A DNA stretch of 64,000 nt from a virus. Lineage: Duplodnaviria > Caudoviricetes. A model generated the notes under the pieces. That model saw only the letters and a program-made list of their open reading frames with translations. It was not told where the DNA came from and did not search any database. This document shows, piece after piece, positions 8,879 through 17,551 of this stretch. Position 1 is the stretch's first letter; each line of letters begins with the position of its first letter. The stretch lies in the IMG/VR virus record IMGVR_UViG_3300021426_000071, positions 32,001 to 96,000 of that record; one strand, given 5' to 3'. The position numbers were made by a program, and so were the translations under genes.

Positions 8879-9811
8879 TCAAATCGTGTAGTCGTAGTAA
8901 TAATCGAGAATGTCGTTGTACTTTACGTTCGGATAAGTCATGAAGAACTTTCCAAGCGCTTCATACATACTGTCGGCTTCTACATAGTCTTCCACCTCCT
9001 GATTCGTTTCGTGGTCAAACCACACGAAGTATGTGATCTGGCTTTTCTTATTTGTGTTGTAGTACTGCCGGGTCAGCGGACTCCATGTCGTATCCCACGA
9101 ATAACCGTAGTTGTATTTCGCTTCAATAAACTCGAAGTACGGAGTCTCATCAAGCTGCGCTTTCTCCATGATCTTGATGACGGCTTTTATCGTGTCGTAC
9201 ATCTCGGTTACCTTGACGAACTCTTTCGTGGTGTGGGCTTTGTAATAGCCACAGGAAAGATTGACGCTCGCCACTCCACACGCCGGAGACAGGTTACAGA
9301 TGTCTGAGAAGCTTCCCCAATCTTCCCGATATCGGGACGTTTCCGTTATCCAGTCCGTGAAGTCTGGATTGTCGCAATCATAAAAGACCGCGTCGTTACT
9401 GCCGCACCGATCCAGTTCGATCAGCATCTTCAGAGGTTTTAACTTGTTGATGTATTTGGTTTTCGTGAACTTATCCGACCCGACTCCGCCGATCTCCTCA
9501 TCCTCACAGAAAAGAATTGTCGGTCGCAGTTCCGTTTTCTCCAGAATCTTCATGATTATGAAGATGCCACAACGATCATCACCCCCGATCCCTTGCGGCG
9601 AAGTAATCGTGTCGCTCCCATACCACACATCTTTTACCTTTTCCTTGTGGACGGTATCCAAATGAGCCGTGAGCAGAACGGGGACGTTTGTCCCCTCTGC
9701 AAACACGAATCCGTCTTCCTTAACAGGGTTATAGCCCCGCTTCTTAAGAGTGTTATAAAGGTATCCCTTGAGATCCTTCTGGCTTTTCTTGCAAATTGAT
9801 ACAAATTTCAT
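8879..9811 (-). CDS. M28/M20-family Zn metallopeptidase
   Basis: AHLDTV, GGDDRCG, DEEIGG, IELDR, SFSDI, GYYKAHT; TAATG coupling to the upstream gene. Confidence 0.85.
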   Translation of the reverse strand: MKFVSICKKSQKDLKGYLYNTLKKRGYNPVKEDGFVFAEGTNVPVLLTAHLDTVHKEKVKDVWYGSDTITSPQGIGGDDRCGIFIIMKILEKTELRPTILFCEDEEIGGVGSDKFTKTKYINKLKPLKMLIELDRCGSNDAVFYDCDNPDFTDWITETSRYREDWGSFSDICNLSPACGVASVNLSCGYYKAHTTKEFVKVTEMYDTIKAVIKIMEKAQLDETPYFEFIEAKYNYGYSWDTTWSPLTRQYYNTNKKSQITYFVWFDHETNQEVEDYVEADSMYEALGKFFMTYPNVKYNDILDYYYDYTI

Positions 9812-11622
9812 TACGCAATCTCCTCTCTGTTTCTGGCGCACTCGACACAGCACTCGTTGTCTGCGTCCCAGTTGCTTTCGGTTACCCAGTGGCCACACTC
9901 CCCGCAGTAGTAAGCGTTGTTCTCATAAACCCACTCGCCTACATCATCGCAGTAGTGGTAGCCGTATTCCTCGGCGTTCTCTTCCGTTGCGAAGGTGAGA
10001 CCGTCAACCTCTACGCGATTCTCCCAGTAACCGCGTCTGTCATACAGCCACTCCTGCTCGTAGTCGTCAAAGATGACGTCTCTGCACGTCTCGTGACGCC
10101 ACCAGCCATCGTCACACAAATGGTATCCGGCGTTTTCTGCGCATTCAGCGCAGCAGTATACGTTTCCATCGACCTCAATGTGGTCATAGTCGTCACGTCT
10201 GACGACGCATCCGCAGTTGTCGCAATATATTTCGTTTGCACAGTCGCGGCAGACGATGCAGTCTTCCGTATGGTGACGCTCTCCGCACTCGGGGCAGATC
10301 GGATCAGCGCCGACAACCATCGGCTGATCGTTCTCGCTTCCCTTAAGGGTCGAGACGTTGCAGTTGTCAAAGTTCTCGTAATCGCGGTAATGAACGCCGC
10401 GAGAGATGATCGCGTGCTCACAAGCACACGTTCCCTTCTTGTTCTCCCAGAGGTTGGTAAAACCAAAGCACTCGGAGATCACGCGCTGAACGATAGCGCG
10501 GATCTGACGGTACATATCCTCGGCACCGCTATCGTTGTCCTGCGGGTAAAGGCGACCCTGAACAAGTTTGTCTTCGCCGAAGTGGAACATCTGGCGGTTG
10601 ATCTTCGGCTGAAGCTCGTAGTGCGTTCCGTCATACGCCGCTTCAATCGTGTAGACTACAAACGAAGACGGATCGAGCATGTAGCTTTCCGTTCCGCCGG
10701 AATACATGCCGGAATAGTCGTTGGGCATGTCCCGGATATTTGTCTTGTCAATCGTGTGGCAGGACGCCCACGAGTTTCCGAAAGACATGGTGTAGAAGTC
10801 TACGGGATGAAGCGACAGGATTGTCCACCGCGTGATCTTCAGCGGATTGATTCCGTCCGCGAACTTGGTGTACTTTCCGTTAAAGTCCGCGTCCTCATCG
10901 AACTTGTACTGATGGCAGATTCTGCGCACGTTTCTGGAAGTCTTGCTTCCGTTGTGCGCCTTCAGCCACGGAAACGCGGCGTTGATCTTATCGATCTCGT
11001 CCTTGTCCATGTACTGGCCCATCTCGGACAGTTCGTTGAAGAAGTTAATCTGCTCGTATGTGAACGGTTCGGGCATTTCCGTTTTCGGACGATCCTCGAG
11101 AAGCTCGAGATAGTCCGCATCATAGAAGAAGCGGTTGCCGTCGAGCCTGATCCCGAACTTACCATCCATCCACCATTTATCAACGGTCGCGACAACCCCT
11201 TCCCTTCCAATCGTGGGAGTCATTCCATCCACCCACGAGGTGCAGTATTTGGGATCTGCGCTTCCGTCAAGGATGCGAACCCTGTCGCCAACCCTGATCG
11301 GGCAGGCCGCGGCGGAGATTCTTCTGTTGTGGCGATTCATCATCCAGGAAATATACTCCCCGAAGCGCTTGATGGAGTTATTGTCCTTGTTTCTGTACAT
11401 GTCCTCGGAGAGGACGATTTTGTAGTGCCCGTCGTAGTGCGGATGACGGCTGAACGCCTCGAGAAGCGCGTTCTTTTTCGTCATCCACTCGTTGATGATC
11501 GCCGCCAGACCGTGATCGGTCGGGCGATAGTTGCGACCCTCGCGGATCTCATACTGCTCAAGGATGCTCCTCATTTCTCTTCTGAGGGTGTGAATGGATT
11601 CTGCGCTGAGTGAATAAGACAT
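9811..11622 (-). CDS. 603-aa phage protein with an SH3/KOW-like insert and C-terminal Cys-rich zinc-ribbon repeats
   Basis: IRVGDRVRIL insert; WASCH..YSGG..SYMLD core; many CxxC pairs. Confidence 0.75.
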   Translation of the reverse strand: MSYSLSAESIHTLRREMRSILEQYEIREGRNYRPTDHGLAAIINEWMTKKNALLEAFSRHPHYDGHYKIVLSEDMYRNKDNNSIKRFGEYISWMMNRHNRRISAAACPIRVGDRVRILDGSADPKYCTSWVDGMTPTIGREGVVATVDKWWMDGKFGIRLDGNRFFYDADYLELLEDRPKTEMPEPFTYEQINFFNELSEMGQYMDKDEIDKINAAFPWLKAHNGSKTSRNVRRICHQYKFDEDADFNGKYTKFADGINPLKITRWTILSLHPVDFYTMSFGNSWASCHTIDKTNIRDMPNDYSGMYSGGTESYMLDPSSFVVYTIEAAYDGTHYELQPKINRQMFHFGEDKLVQGRLYPQDNDSGAEDMYRQIRAIVQRVISECFGFTNLWENKKGTCACEHAIISRGVHYRDYENFDNCNVSTLKGSENDQPMVVGADPICPECGERHHTEDCIVCRDCANEIYCDNCGCVVRRDDYDHIEVDGNVYCCAECAENAGYHLCDDGWWRHETCRDVIFDDYEQEWLYDRRGYWENRVEVDGLTFATEENAEEYGYHYCDDVGEWVYENNAYYCGECGHWVTESNWDADNECCVECARNREEIA

Positions 11623-11708
11623 ATAGTTACCTTCCCTTTCTGTCGGGTTGACCCGACGCTTTATTGAATCCCGATATCGGGATGTGTTAATACCCTATTT
11701 AGTTTTTG

Positions 11709-11858
11709 TTATCTCATTTTCTTACGCGCTGTAATCAGCACGCGAGTTACCTCATGTTCAGTTGTCGCGGCGTTAATCCGCTTTTCGATGTCCGGCATAA
11801 CGCGCTCATATCCGAGCTGTTTCGCTATGCGGCGAGCGTCACGTTTGATCTGTCCCAT
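11709..11858 (-). CDS. small basic hypothetical protein (start MGQIKRD)
   Basis: GGAGG RBS inside the upstream gene. Confidence 0.55.
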   Translation of the reverse strand: MGQIKRDARRIAKQLGYERVMPDIEKRINAATTEHEVTRVLITARKKMR

Positions 11859-12102
11859 GATCTTCCTCCAATAATTCGTTGATTCCAATTTCCGTAAATC
11901 TGCCATCTCCGCTATACCAACTTCTATTCCACGACAGCTTATGGTCATCTCCTTTAATCATGTAAAGATAGAACGGTAAGCCGGGATCATATCCGTATGG
12001 ATCCGAAGTGCTAAACCAGTGCCATCCCCGTTTTGCCAGAATGCCGTAAACGAGTTCCTTTACCTTCACACTCGGAATGTAAACAAAAACGTCAAGTTTC
12101 AT
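11839..12102 (-). CDS. small protein, paralog family member 3
   Basis: VFVYIPS...RGWHW...EIGINELL. Confidence 0.7.
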   Translation of the reverse strand: MKLDVFVYIPSVKVKELVYGILAKRGWHWFSTSDPYGYDPGLPFYLYMIKGDDHKLSWNRSWYSGDGRFTEIGINELLEEDHGTDQT

Positions 12103-12322
12103 CTCTCAACACCTCATTGATTCCAATCTGCGTATACCACCCATCATCGGTAAACGGCGTTTTATCCCAACCAAGGCCTTCGTCACCTATCCTCTCCGGC
12201 GCATACAGAAAGAACGGTATTGGCGGATGGAAATTGAAACGCCATCCCTTTTTAGCCAGAATGGCGCATATGTTTTCCCTTACTATCTCGCTCGGGATGT
12301 AGACAAATTCTCTATACTTCAT
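12092..12322 (-). CDS. small protein, paralog family member 4
   Basis: EFVYIPSE...KGWRF...QIGINEVL. Confidence 0.7.
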   Translation of the reverse strand: MKYREFVYIPSEIVRENICAILAKKGWRFNFHPPIPFFLYAPERIGDEGLGWDKTPFTDDGWYTQIGINEVLRDET

Positions 12323-12539
12323 TTCTCAACACCTCTAAAAATTCGTTTAGCCCGACTTCTGTATAGTCCCTCGCTGGGATACGTTGAGTATCGGCATAAA
12401 AAAACAGAACACTTTCTCGTATGAGGTAAAGGTAGAACGGCGCGATGGGAGTCCACTCACCCAAACTCTGTCCCTTCTCAGCCATGACCTCTGTCACGAC
12501 TTCCCTTACCTCTTCGGAAGGGATGTATGTGTAGATCAT
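12312..12539 (-). CDS. small protein, paralog family member 5
   Basis: YTYIPSEE...EVGLNEFL. Confidence 0.7.
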   Translation of the reverse strand: MIYTYIPSEEVREVVTEVMAEKGQSLGEWTPIAPFYLYLIRESVLFFYADTQRIPARDYTEVGLNEFLEVLRNEV

Positions 12540-13015
12540 CCGTCTACCTCACCTCTTTCCCTGAAGCTGTAATAACTGCCGTCGCCAATAATGAGATTGT
12601 CGACCTGCGAAATCTCCATGAGGGCGCCGCACTCGTTTAGCTTCTTGTGGATAGTAACGTCTGCATCTGACGGCGTCGGATCTCCGCTCGGGTGATTATG
12701 CACCATGATGAAGTTCACTGCCCCAAGAAGAAGAAGCTTCTGAAAGATTTCTCTTCGGCCGACCAATGAGACGCTGACCGTGCCGTGCGTGGCCTCGAAT
12801 ACGCCGCAAAGATGCATTGCGTTGTCGAGCGCGAAGATGTAAACGTACTCTTCGGCGGCAGTGTCGAGTCCGAGTTCCCTTACGCAGAAGTCGTAGATTA
12901 TGTCGGGGTTGTCGAACTTCTTGCGGCCATCACAGACATAGCGTTTGCCTTTCTCCGCCACAAGACAGGGATAACGCGAACTGTCGAGGACGGTTCTGTA
13001 GATGGATACTTTCAT
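12536..13015 (-). CDS. radC: RadC-like JAB domain protein
   Basis: EYVYIFALD...GTVS...REIFQKLLL.GA...MVHNHPSGDPTPSDAD...D.LIIG...YYSFRE. Confidence 0.9.
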   Translation of the reverse strand: MKVSIYRTVLDSSRYPCLVAEKGKRYVCDGRKKFDNPDIIYDFCVRELGLDTAAEEYVYIFALDNAMHLCGVFEATHGTVSVSLVGRREIFQKLLLLGAVNFIMVHNHPSGDPTPSDADVTIHKKLNECGALMEISQVDNLIIGDGSYYSFRERGEVDG

Positions 13016-13029
13016 AGCGCACCTCCGTT

Positions 13030-13536
13030 TTATATGTATCCTTCTTTGCAAAACTGAAAATATATGTCTCCGACTCTGACAAGATCGTATGTATCAGGAT
13101 CGTGATAATTAAAGGGATGCTCCGTCTCAATCTCCGCCGTGAATTCTCTAATTCTCCTCGTCGGCCTGATTGCATTGAAGAAGCGATCCAGCTTGGCGGC
13201 GGAATAACTGCCACATGTAATGTCATACCCGTTTCGCTTCAAGATTTTCCAGATTGCCCGTGACGTTCTCATCCCTTTGTGTGAGTCAAGAGCTTTCGCT
13301 TCCTCGTCTGTTAAATATGTTGAAAGCGTTTCGGGTTTCAGTCCTTTGGTGATCTCTGCGTAGGCTGTCGGGTACTCCTTCTCTAAGTATCTGAAAAAGG
13401 AGAACACTTCCGACCTCTTAAAACTCCTTTCAGTAGTTGCAGTAAACTCAATCGGCTTGCCGAGTTCCGTTAGTGCCGCAACGAGAGCACGTTTGAGAAT
13501 GTAGCTCTCTTCTGGAGTGTATGCTGATCCGTACAT
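13030..13536 (-). CDS. hypothetical protein, partial paralog of the 603-aa protein
   Basis: HKGMRTSRAIWKI...FFNAIRP resembles HNGSKTSRNVRRI...FADGINP. Confidence 0.65.
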   Translation of the reverse strand: MYGSAYTPEESYILKRALVAALTELGKPIEFTATTERSFKRSEVFSFFRYLEKEYPTAYAEITKGLKPETLSTYLTDEEAKALDSHKGMRTSRAIWKILKRNGYDITCGSYSAAKLDRFFNAIRPTRRIREFTAEIETEHPFNYHDPDTYDLVRVGDIYFQFCKEGYI

Positions 13537-13572
13537 GTTTACCTTCCTTTCTGGTTGCCTTCGGCAACCGAC

Positions 13573-13872
13573 TTATTCGTCTCCCTTCTGTTGCGACGTC
13601 GCGACACTACATCTGCTAAGTTCTACTCCACACTCGCACTGATGATCGAAGTCGAAGTGATCCCAATTCAGCAATACGAGTTTACCTTCGTCGATCACGG
13701 CGATCATTTCCAGTTCCGGAAACTCCGACGGATCGTCTACGTACCAAGCGGGCGATTCGATCCACCTGACCGGAGCGTTCTGATACTTCTCTTCCTCGAT
13801 CAGGTCGCGGTCAAGAGAGTAGATCGTAACCTTTCCAAACGAATCGTATTTGTAACTGACATAAAATTTCAT
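13573..13872 (-). CDS. hypothetical protein
   Basis: AGAAAGGAG RBS. Confidence 0.65.
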   Translation of the reverse strand: MKFYVSYKYDSFGKVTIYSLDRDLIEEEKYQNAPVRWIESPAWYVDDPSEFPELEMIAVIDEGKLVLLNWDHFDFDHQCECGVELSRCSVATSQQKGDE

Positions 13873-13909
13873 TTCACTCCTTTCTGGTCAACTGCGTTGA
13901 CCCGTCGTT

Positions 13910-14053
13910 TTAAAACGACGCTTCGATCTCCCTGAGCACATAACAGCTCAGAATTGTAAACTGACGGTTGCGAGCACGGTTCTCTTCCGTGTCCTGCGGA
14001 GTGGACTCCGCCATCTCCACGTAATACCTGTACAGGTTAATAAGATCTGACAT
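13910..14053 (-). CDS. 47-aa hypothetical protein (not in ORF track)
   Basis: MSDLINLYRYYVEMAESTPQDTEENRARNRQFTILSCYVLREIEASF*; AGAAAGGAG RBS. Confidence 0.6.
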   Translation of the reverse strand: MSDLINLYRYYVEMAESTPQDTEENRARNRQFTILSCYVLREIEASF

Positions 14054-14159
14054 AATTGTCTCCTTTCTGTTTGTGTCGGGTTAACCCGACGTGCTTGAAA
14101 TCAAACGCACGGAATCCCGATATCGGGAAGCGTTCGAAATCACAGATTTCTTCACGCTA

Positions 14160-14321
14160 TTACGTTGCATTTGCCTTGTAGAACAGCAGAAGCCAGCCGC
14201 CCGACAAGATAAGCAGAGTCAGCATGTCGTGTGTCTCCATGCTGTCTGCAAAAGCTACTGCCGCAAAGAGTGTGAATACTGCGGCAGTTGTAATCATCAT
14301 CAAGATATAGTTCTTCAGCAT
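14160..14321 (-). CDS. 53-aa hydrophobic (probable two-TM) membrane protein (not in ORF track)
   Basis: MLKNYILMMITTAAVFTLFAAVAFADSMETHDMLTLLILSGGWLLLFYKANAT*; GGGGGAG RBS. Confidence 0.6.
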   Translation of the reverse strand: MLKNYILMMITTAAVFTLFAAVAFADSMETHDMLTLLILSGGWLLLFYKANAT

Positions 14322-14358
14322 TTCCGTTCTCCCCCTTATTTGTTTCCCCTGATTTTAA

Positions 14359-14399
14359 TACCCTATTTAATATTTATCACGCCGTGGCGCATTTGTCAA
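14359..14399 (-). promoter_or_regulatory. Putative leftward promoter: TTGACA-17-TAAATA followed by TAAATAGGGTA, abutting the palindrome at 14401
   Basis: Perfect -35 with a TG extension but a non-consensus -10. Confidence 0.5.
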
Positions 14400-14414
14400 T
14401 TCCCGATATCGGGA

Positions 14415-14933
14415 TTACACTGATTCCTCATAGAGATCTCCGTCCACCTCTACGATCTCATCCGGCTCTTCCGTCAGATTGGACTTCTCACGGATTTTCC
14501 GTTTGGCATCCTCAAGAGAGAACGCCTGAACTACGCCAACAGTCTGACTTCCCTTATGCGTGTAGACGTACAGGGACGGCAGCTCTGTTACCACGCGGAA
14601 GTAGTATCCTGTGTCAATTACGTTGCCATCATCATCTTTCCAGTTATAATGCTGCACGTCCGCATATGCGTAGTATCCCATGAGACACTCGCAGATCTCA
14701 TCTGCCTTCTCCATCAGCTCGTCATGCGAGATGTCGAACTGATAGCAGATGTCCGCAAAATCATTCTTCATAGGGTCATCCTGAATCATCTGTGTGATTG
14801 CTCCAACAACGTCAAACATATCGTATCTCCTTTCAATGTTATGAAGATCGTCTCCCTTTGAGACGTACTCGGTTCCATCAGGATACAGTTTACCTGTTAT
14901 GACCACGCCGGACTCTACATCCTCGAACTGCAA
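14415..14933 (-). CDS. acidic hypothetical protein
   Basis: 172 aa; the stop TAA abuts a palindrome; start codon uncertain. Confidence 0.7.
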   Translation of the reverse strand: MQFEDVESGVVITGKLYPDGTEYVSKGDDLHNIERRYDMFDVVGAITQMIQDDPMKNDFADICYQFDISHDELMEKADEICECLMGYYAYADVQHYNWKDDDGNVIDTGYYFRVVTELPSLYVYTHKGSQTVGVVQAFSLEDAKRKIREKSNLTEEPDEIVEVDGDLYEESV

Positions 14934-14983
14934 TCCGTTTTCGTTGATGTTCGTATTGTTCTCCCTTCTTCCCGATATCGGGA

Positions 14984-15772
14984 TTACGAATGATGCTTTG
15001 CATTTGCAAAGCTGTAGTCGGAGTGATCTCTGTCGAAGTCTTCCGGCGAGAAATCATCCTGACAGACAACGCCGCAGAAAAACGTTTCATGACCGTTGAC
15101 ATGGTCGGGGCGCTCGTAGAACATCGTCCAGTTTACCTTGCCGCCGATCCACATACACATACTGAGATCGTCTCTAAAGTTGACCCAGCAAACTGCCTCA
15201 CAGAGCTTCTGGAAGGACTCGTCACTGATTTTTCCGTAGCCGCAAAGGATTGCCAGAAAAACGAACTTATGACCGTATTCGTCTTCCTTTACGGTGTACT
15301 GCATCTTCTGGAGCCATTCTTTTGCGAACGGGGTTTCAAGGTACTTTCTGTACTCCTGCACCTTCAGTTCCGTTTTGGCCTCCACATAATCGGCCAGAAG
15401 CTTCCTTGCCTCTTCCCTTGTGATGTCAAGAACAAACCTACTGTGATTGATTGCCCAGTAGGGTCTGTCATCATATTTAAAATCAATGACGGGCACGTCG
15501 GCGAAGACTTCTCTGGAATCACAGTCAGAGAGAATCCAATAGATGTCATAACCGTCTTTTGTTTCCAGCTTATCTTTGTAGTTATAATCCAGATCTTTCC
15601 CTTTGAAGGAAGGGAGTTCGATCTCTTCAACCAGCAACTGGCAAGCTGCGTGCGGATTGTCGGCAACCTCCTCATCGTGCATTTTCTGCATCGCTTCCCT
15701 TGAGGGGAAGTAATTCCAGAAGCATTCGAAGCCGCTCTTGTACCTCTTTGTCACTGCATAGATTTTCTTCAT
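14984..15772 (-). CDS. hypothetical protein (start MKKIYAV)
   Basis: AGAAAGGAG RBS; the stop TAA abuts a palindrome. Confidence 0.75.
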   Translation of the reverse strand: MKKIYAVTKRYKSGFECFWNYFPSREAMQKMHDEEVADNPHAACQLLVEEIELPSFKGKDLDYNYKDKLETKDGYDIYWILSDCDSREVFADVPVIDFKYDDRPYWAINHSRFVLDITREEARKLLADYVEAKTELKVQEYRKYLETPFAKEWLQKMQYTVKEDEYGHKFVFLAILCGYGKISDESFQKLCEAVCWVNFRDDLSMCMWIGGKVNWTMFYERPDHVNGHETFFCGVVCQDDFSPEDFDRDHSDYSFANAKHHS

Positions 15773-15890
15773 AATGAACTCCTTTCTGTTTGTCGGGTCA
15801 ACCCGACATTTCATTGAATCCCGATATCGGGATCATAACCACACCCAAGCCCATGATGCACCGATCACGGGCCTTCCGAATGACTATGAT

Positions 15891-16298
15891 TCACCGATCT
15901 ATAATCCAGTCGTAGCGGTCAGCGATATCATCGCTTCCCTTACGATCAGGGGAATAGATGAAGACGGTCATCACCACGTCTCCCTTCCGTACACCCTTCA
16001 CCTTGCGGTAACTGATATAGTTGTACCGCTTGGAAGAGGTGTTAATCATCCTGCCGTCCCCTTTTGCATTGAGGACGACTCCATATGAGATCTCAATCAC
16101 GAGATCCCCCTTACCATTGAGGATACGGTCTACCTTGCGGCTCGCCATATCCTTTCCGTCAAGAACCCTAACAAGTCCCTCGCGTTTCCTCACCTTGCGG
16201 AGTACTGCAAGGGAAGGGAACGACTTCCCTGTTGCCGAGATGGGGAGAGACAGCATAATGAGCGCTGTCGTTATAGCTGTAATCAGAACTTTCTTCAT
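15891..16298 (-). CDS. basic protein with a signal-peptide-like N-terminus
   Basis: MKKVLITAITTALIMLSLPISA. Confidence 0.65.
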   Translation of the reverse strand: MKKVLITAITTALIMLSLPISATGKSFPSLAVLRKVRKREGLVRVLDGKDMASRKVDRILNGKGDLVIEISYGVVLNAKGDGRMINTSSKRYNYISYRKVKGVRKGDVVMTVFIYSPDRKGSDDIADRYDWIIDR

Positions 16299-16684
16299 GC
16301 GAATCCCCACCCTTCTACAACTCCTTCGTCTTCGTCATCGTAATCCGAGAGAGACTGATATCTCTCTTTCATGAACTTCATCCCGCGCTCATCCGGCACG
16401 GGCTGAGTGAAGCGGACTAACGTATAGTCCACCACATCCTCTGGAAATCCGCTTTCGAATCGGACACAGTACTTCCAGACCTTTGTCTTGCCTTCCACTG
16501 TAAAGCAGGACATAGTAAGCACCTCATTAAAAACATAGGTGTCGTCATCTTCCCCAAACATTTCGCTTAACAGGAAATCCTGTGCGTTGATTCCCTGTCT
16601 TGCTTTCAGCTTATTAGCAGCGTCGTTTATGTCGTTTGCGATAACGACGCCTTCACTCACGAATGACTTCCACGCGAATACCAT
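16295..16684 (-). CDS. hypothetical protein
   Basis: AGAAAGGA RBS directly after a palindrome. Confidence 0.7.
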   Translation of the reverse strand: MVFAWKSFVSEGVVIANDINDAANKLKARQGINAQDFLLSEMFGEDDDTYVFNEVLTMSCFTVEGKTKVWKYCVRFESGFPEDVVDYTLVRFTQPVPDERGMKFMKERYQSLSDYDDEDEGVVEGWGFA

Positions 16685-16724
16685 TCTGTTTTCCTTTCTA
16701 TCCCGATATCGGGATTAAACCTGA

Positions 16725-16937
16725 TTACATTGTGTGGATGACAGCACTCTTTATGCGGCTGCCTACGCGTTTGTCGTGGATGCATGCCATGCGGTAGTCT
16801 TCCGCATAGTAATCCTCCCACAGATTTTCTGTTCGGAGTTCATAGTTCGCGCCGTGAGACGGATACCCTTCGGCGGCGCATTCTTTTGCGATGTGGTCGA
16901 GTTCCCTATAATAACTCTTCAGAATCTTTTCCCTCAT
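16725..16937 (-). CDS. hypothetical protein (start MREKILK)
   Basis: AAAGGAG RBS. Confidence 0.6.
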   Translation of the reverse strand: MREKILKSYYRELDHIAKECAAEGYPSHGANYELRTENLWEDYYAEDYRMACIHDKRVGSRIKSAVIHTM

Positions 16938-16980
16938 GGTTTTTCTCCTTTCATGGTGGGTGGGACATGGTGACTCGGAA

Positions 16981-17307
16981 TTAAAAATTTCTCCGCCTTG
17001 AAACACCATAACGAAGAAAGTTGTCTATGCCCGTCTCCATAATGAGACTGGCAGTATCATTAAGGTCGCCTATGGTGACCTTTGTAGTCACACCATGTCT
17101 GGTCATAAAATGGGAAAGTACCACCTTTCCCTTATAGACGACCGCCGCAGACCCCCTTCCGCAGTTGGCGGAATCGCTATAAGCGAGTGCCACATAGGGG
17201 CTACTCGGCTTTTCTTCAAAACATTCGCAATCCTCTCCTCCGTTGAAGAGAAGATCGAATACGTTAACATATCCATAAACCTTGTGATAATTTCCGTTTA
17301 TATACAT
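16981..17307 (-). CDS. hypothetical protein
   Basis: AAAGGAAAGGA RBS. Confidence 0.65.
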   Translation of the reverse strand: MYINGNYHKVYGYVNVFDLLFNGGEDCECFEEKPSSPYVALAYSDSANCGRGSAAVVYKGKVVLSHFMTRHGVTTKVTIGDLNDTASLIMETGIDNFLRYGVSRRRNF

Positions 17308-17335
17308 CTTTCATTTCCTTTCCTTTCTGAAATGT

Positions 17336-17551
17336 TTATTCTCCCTTTACGGCAAGCCGAGCGATCTTGCTTGCCTTTAAGCGCATAGAAGGCGTGACTT
17401 CCCAAAACCGAATAGTGCCCACGTCATTCATGATGTTAACGAGGGCATTTCCGTATGCCTCATTAAGGGCATAGTCGTAGTTTCTGTTGGAAGCTGCGTA
17501 CGCCTTATCAAACGCTTCCCTTGCGGAAGCAATCTTTTCACCGAGCGTCAT
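17336..17551 (-). CDS. hypothetical protein
   Basis: GGAGGTG RBS before MTLGEK. Confidence 0.6.
   Translation of the reverse strand: MTLGEKIASAREAFDKAYAASNRNYDYALNEAYGNALVNIMNDVGTIRFWEVTPSMRLKASKIARLAVKGE

Larger units (their letters stand above)
11642..15807. repeat. Palindrome GTCGGG-N4-CCCGAC, 3 copies, each just 5' of an RBS on the minus strand
   Basis: 11642-11657 (TTGA), 14075-14090 (TTAA), 15792-15807 (TCAA). Confidence 0.9.
9324..16714. repeat. Dispersed 14-bp perfect palindrome TCCCGATATCGGGA, 7 copies
   Basis: Copies at 9324, 11669, 14115, 14401, 14970, 15819 and 16701; a 1-mismatch copy at 654. Confidence 0.95.

Noticed and set aside
9796-11613. 605-aa plus-strand ORF antisense to the 603-aa gene
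   Set aside because: Shadow frame caused by codon bias of the real minus-strand gene; no RBS; V/L/R-rich composition
9324-16714. Palindromic repeats as a CRISPR array or integron attC cassettes
   Set aside because: Only 14-16 bp, irregular spacing of hundreds to thousands of bp, no cas genes, and no attC-type R/L boxes
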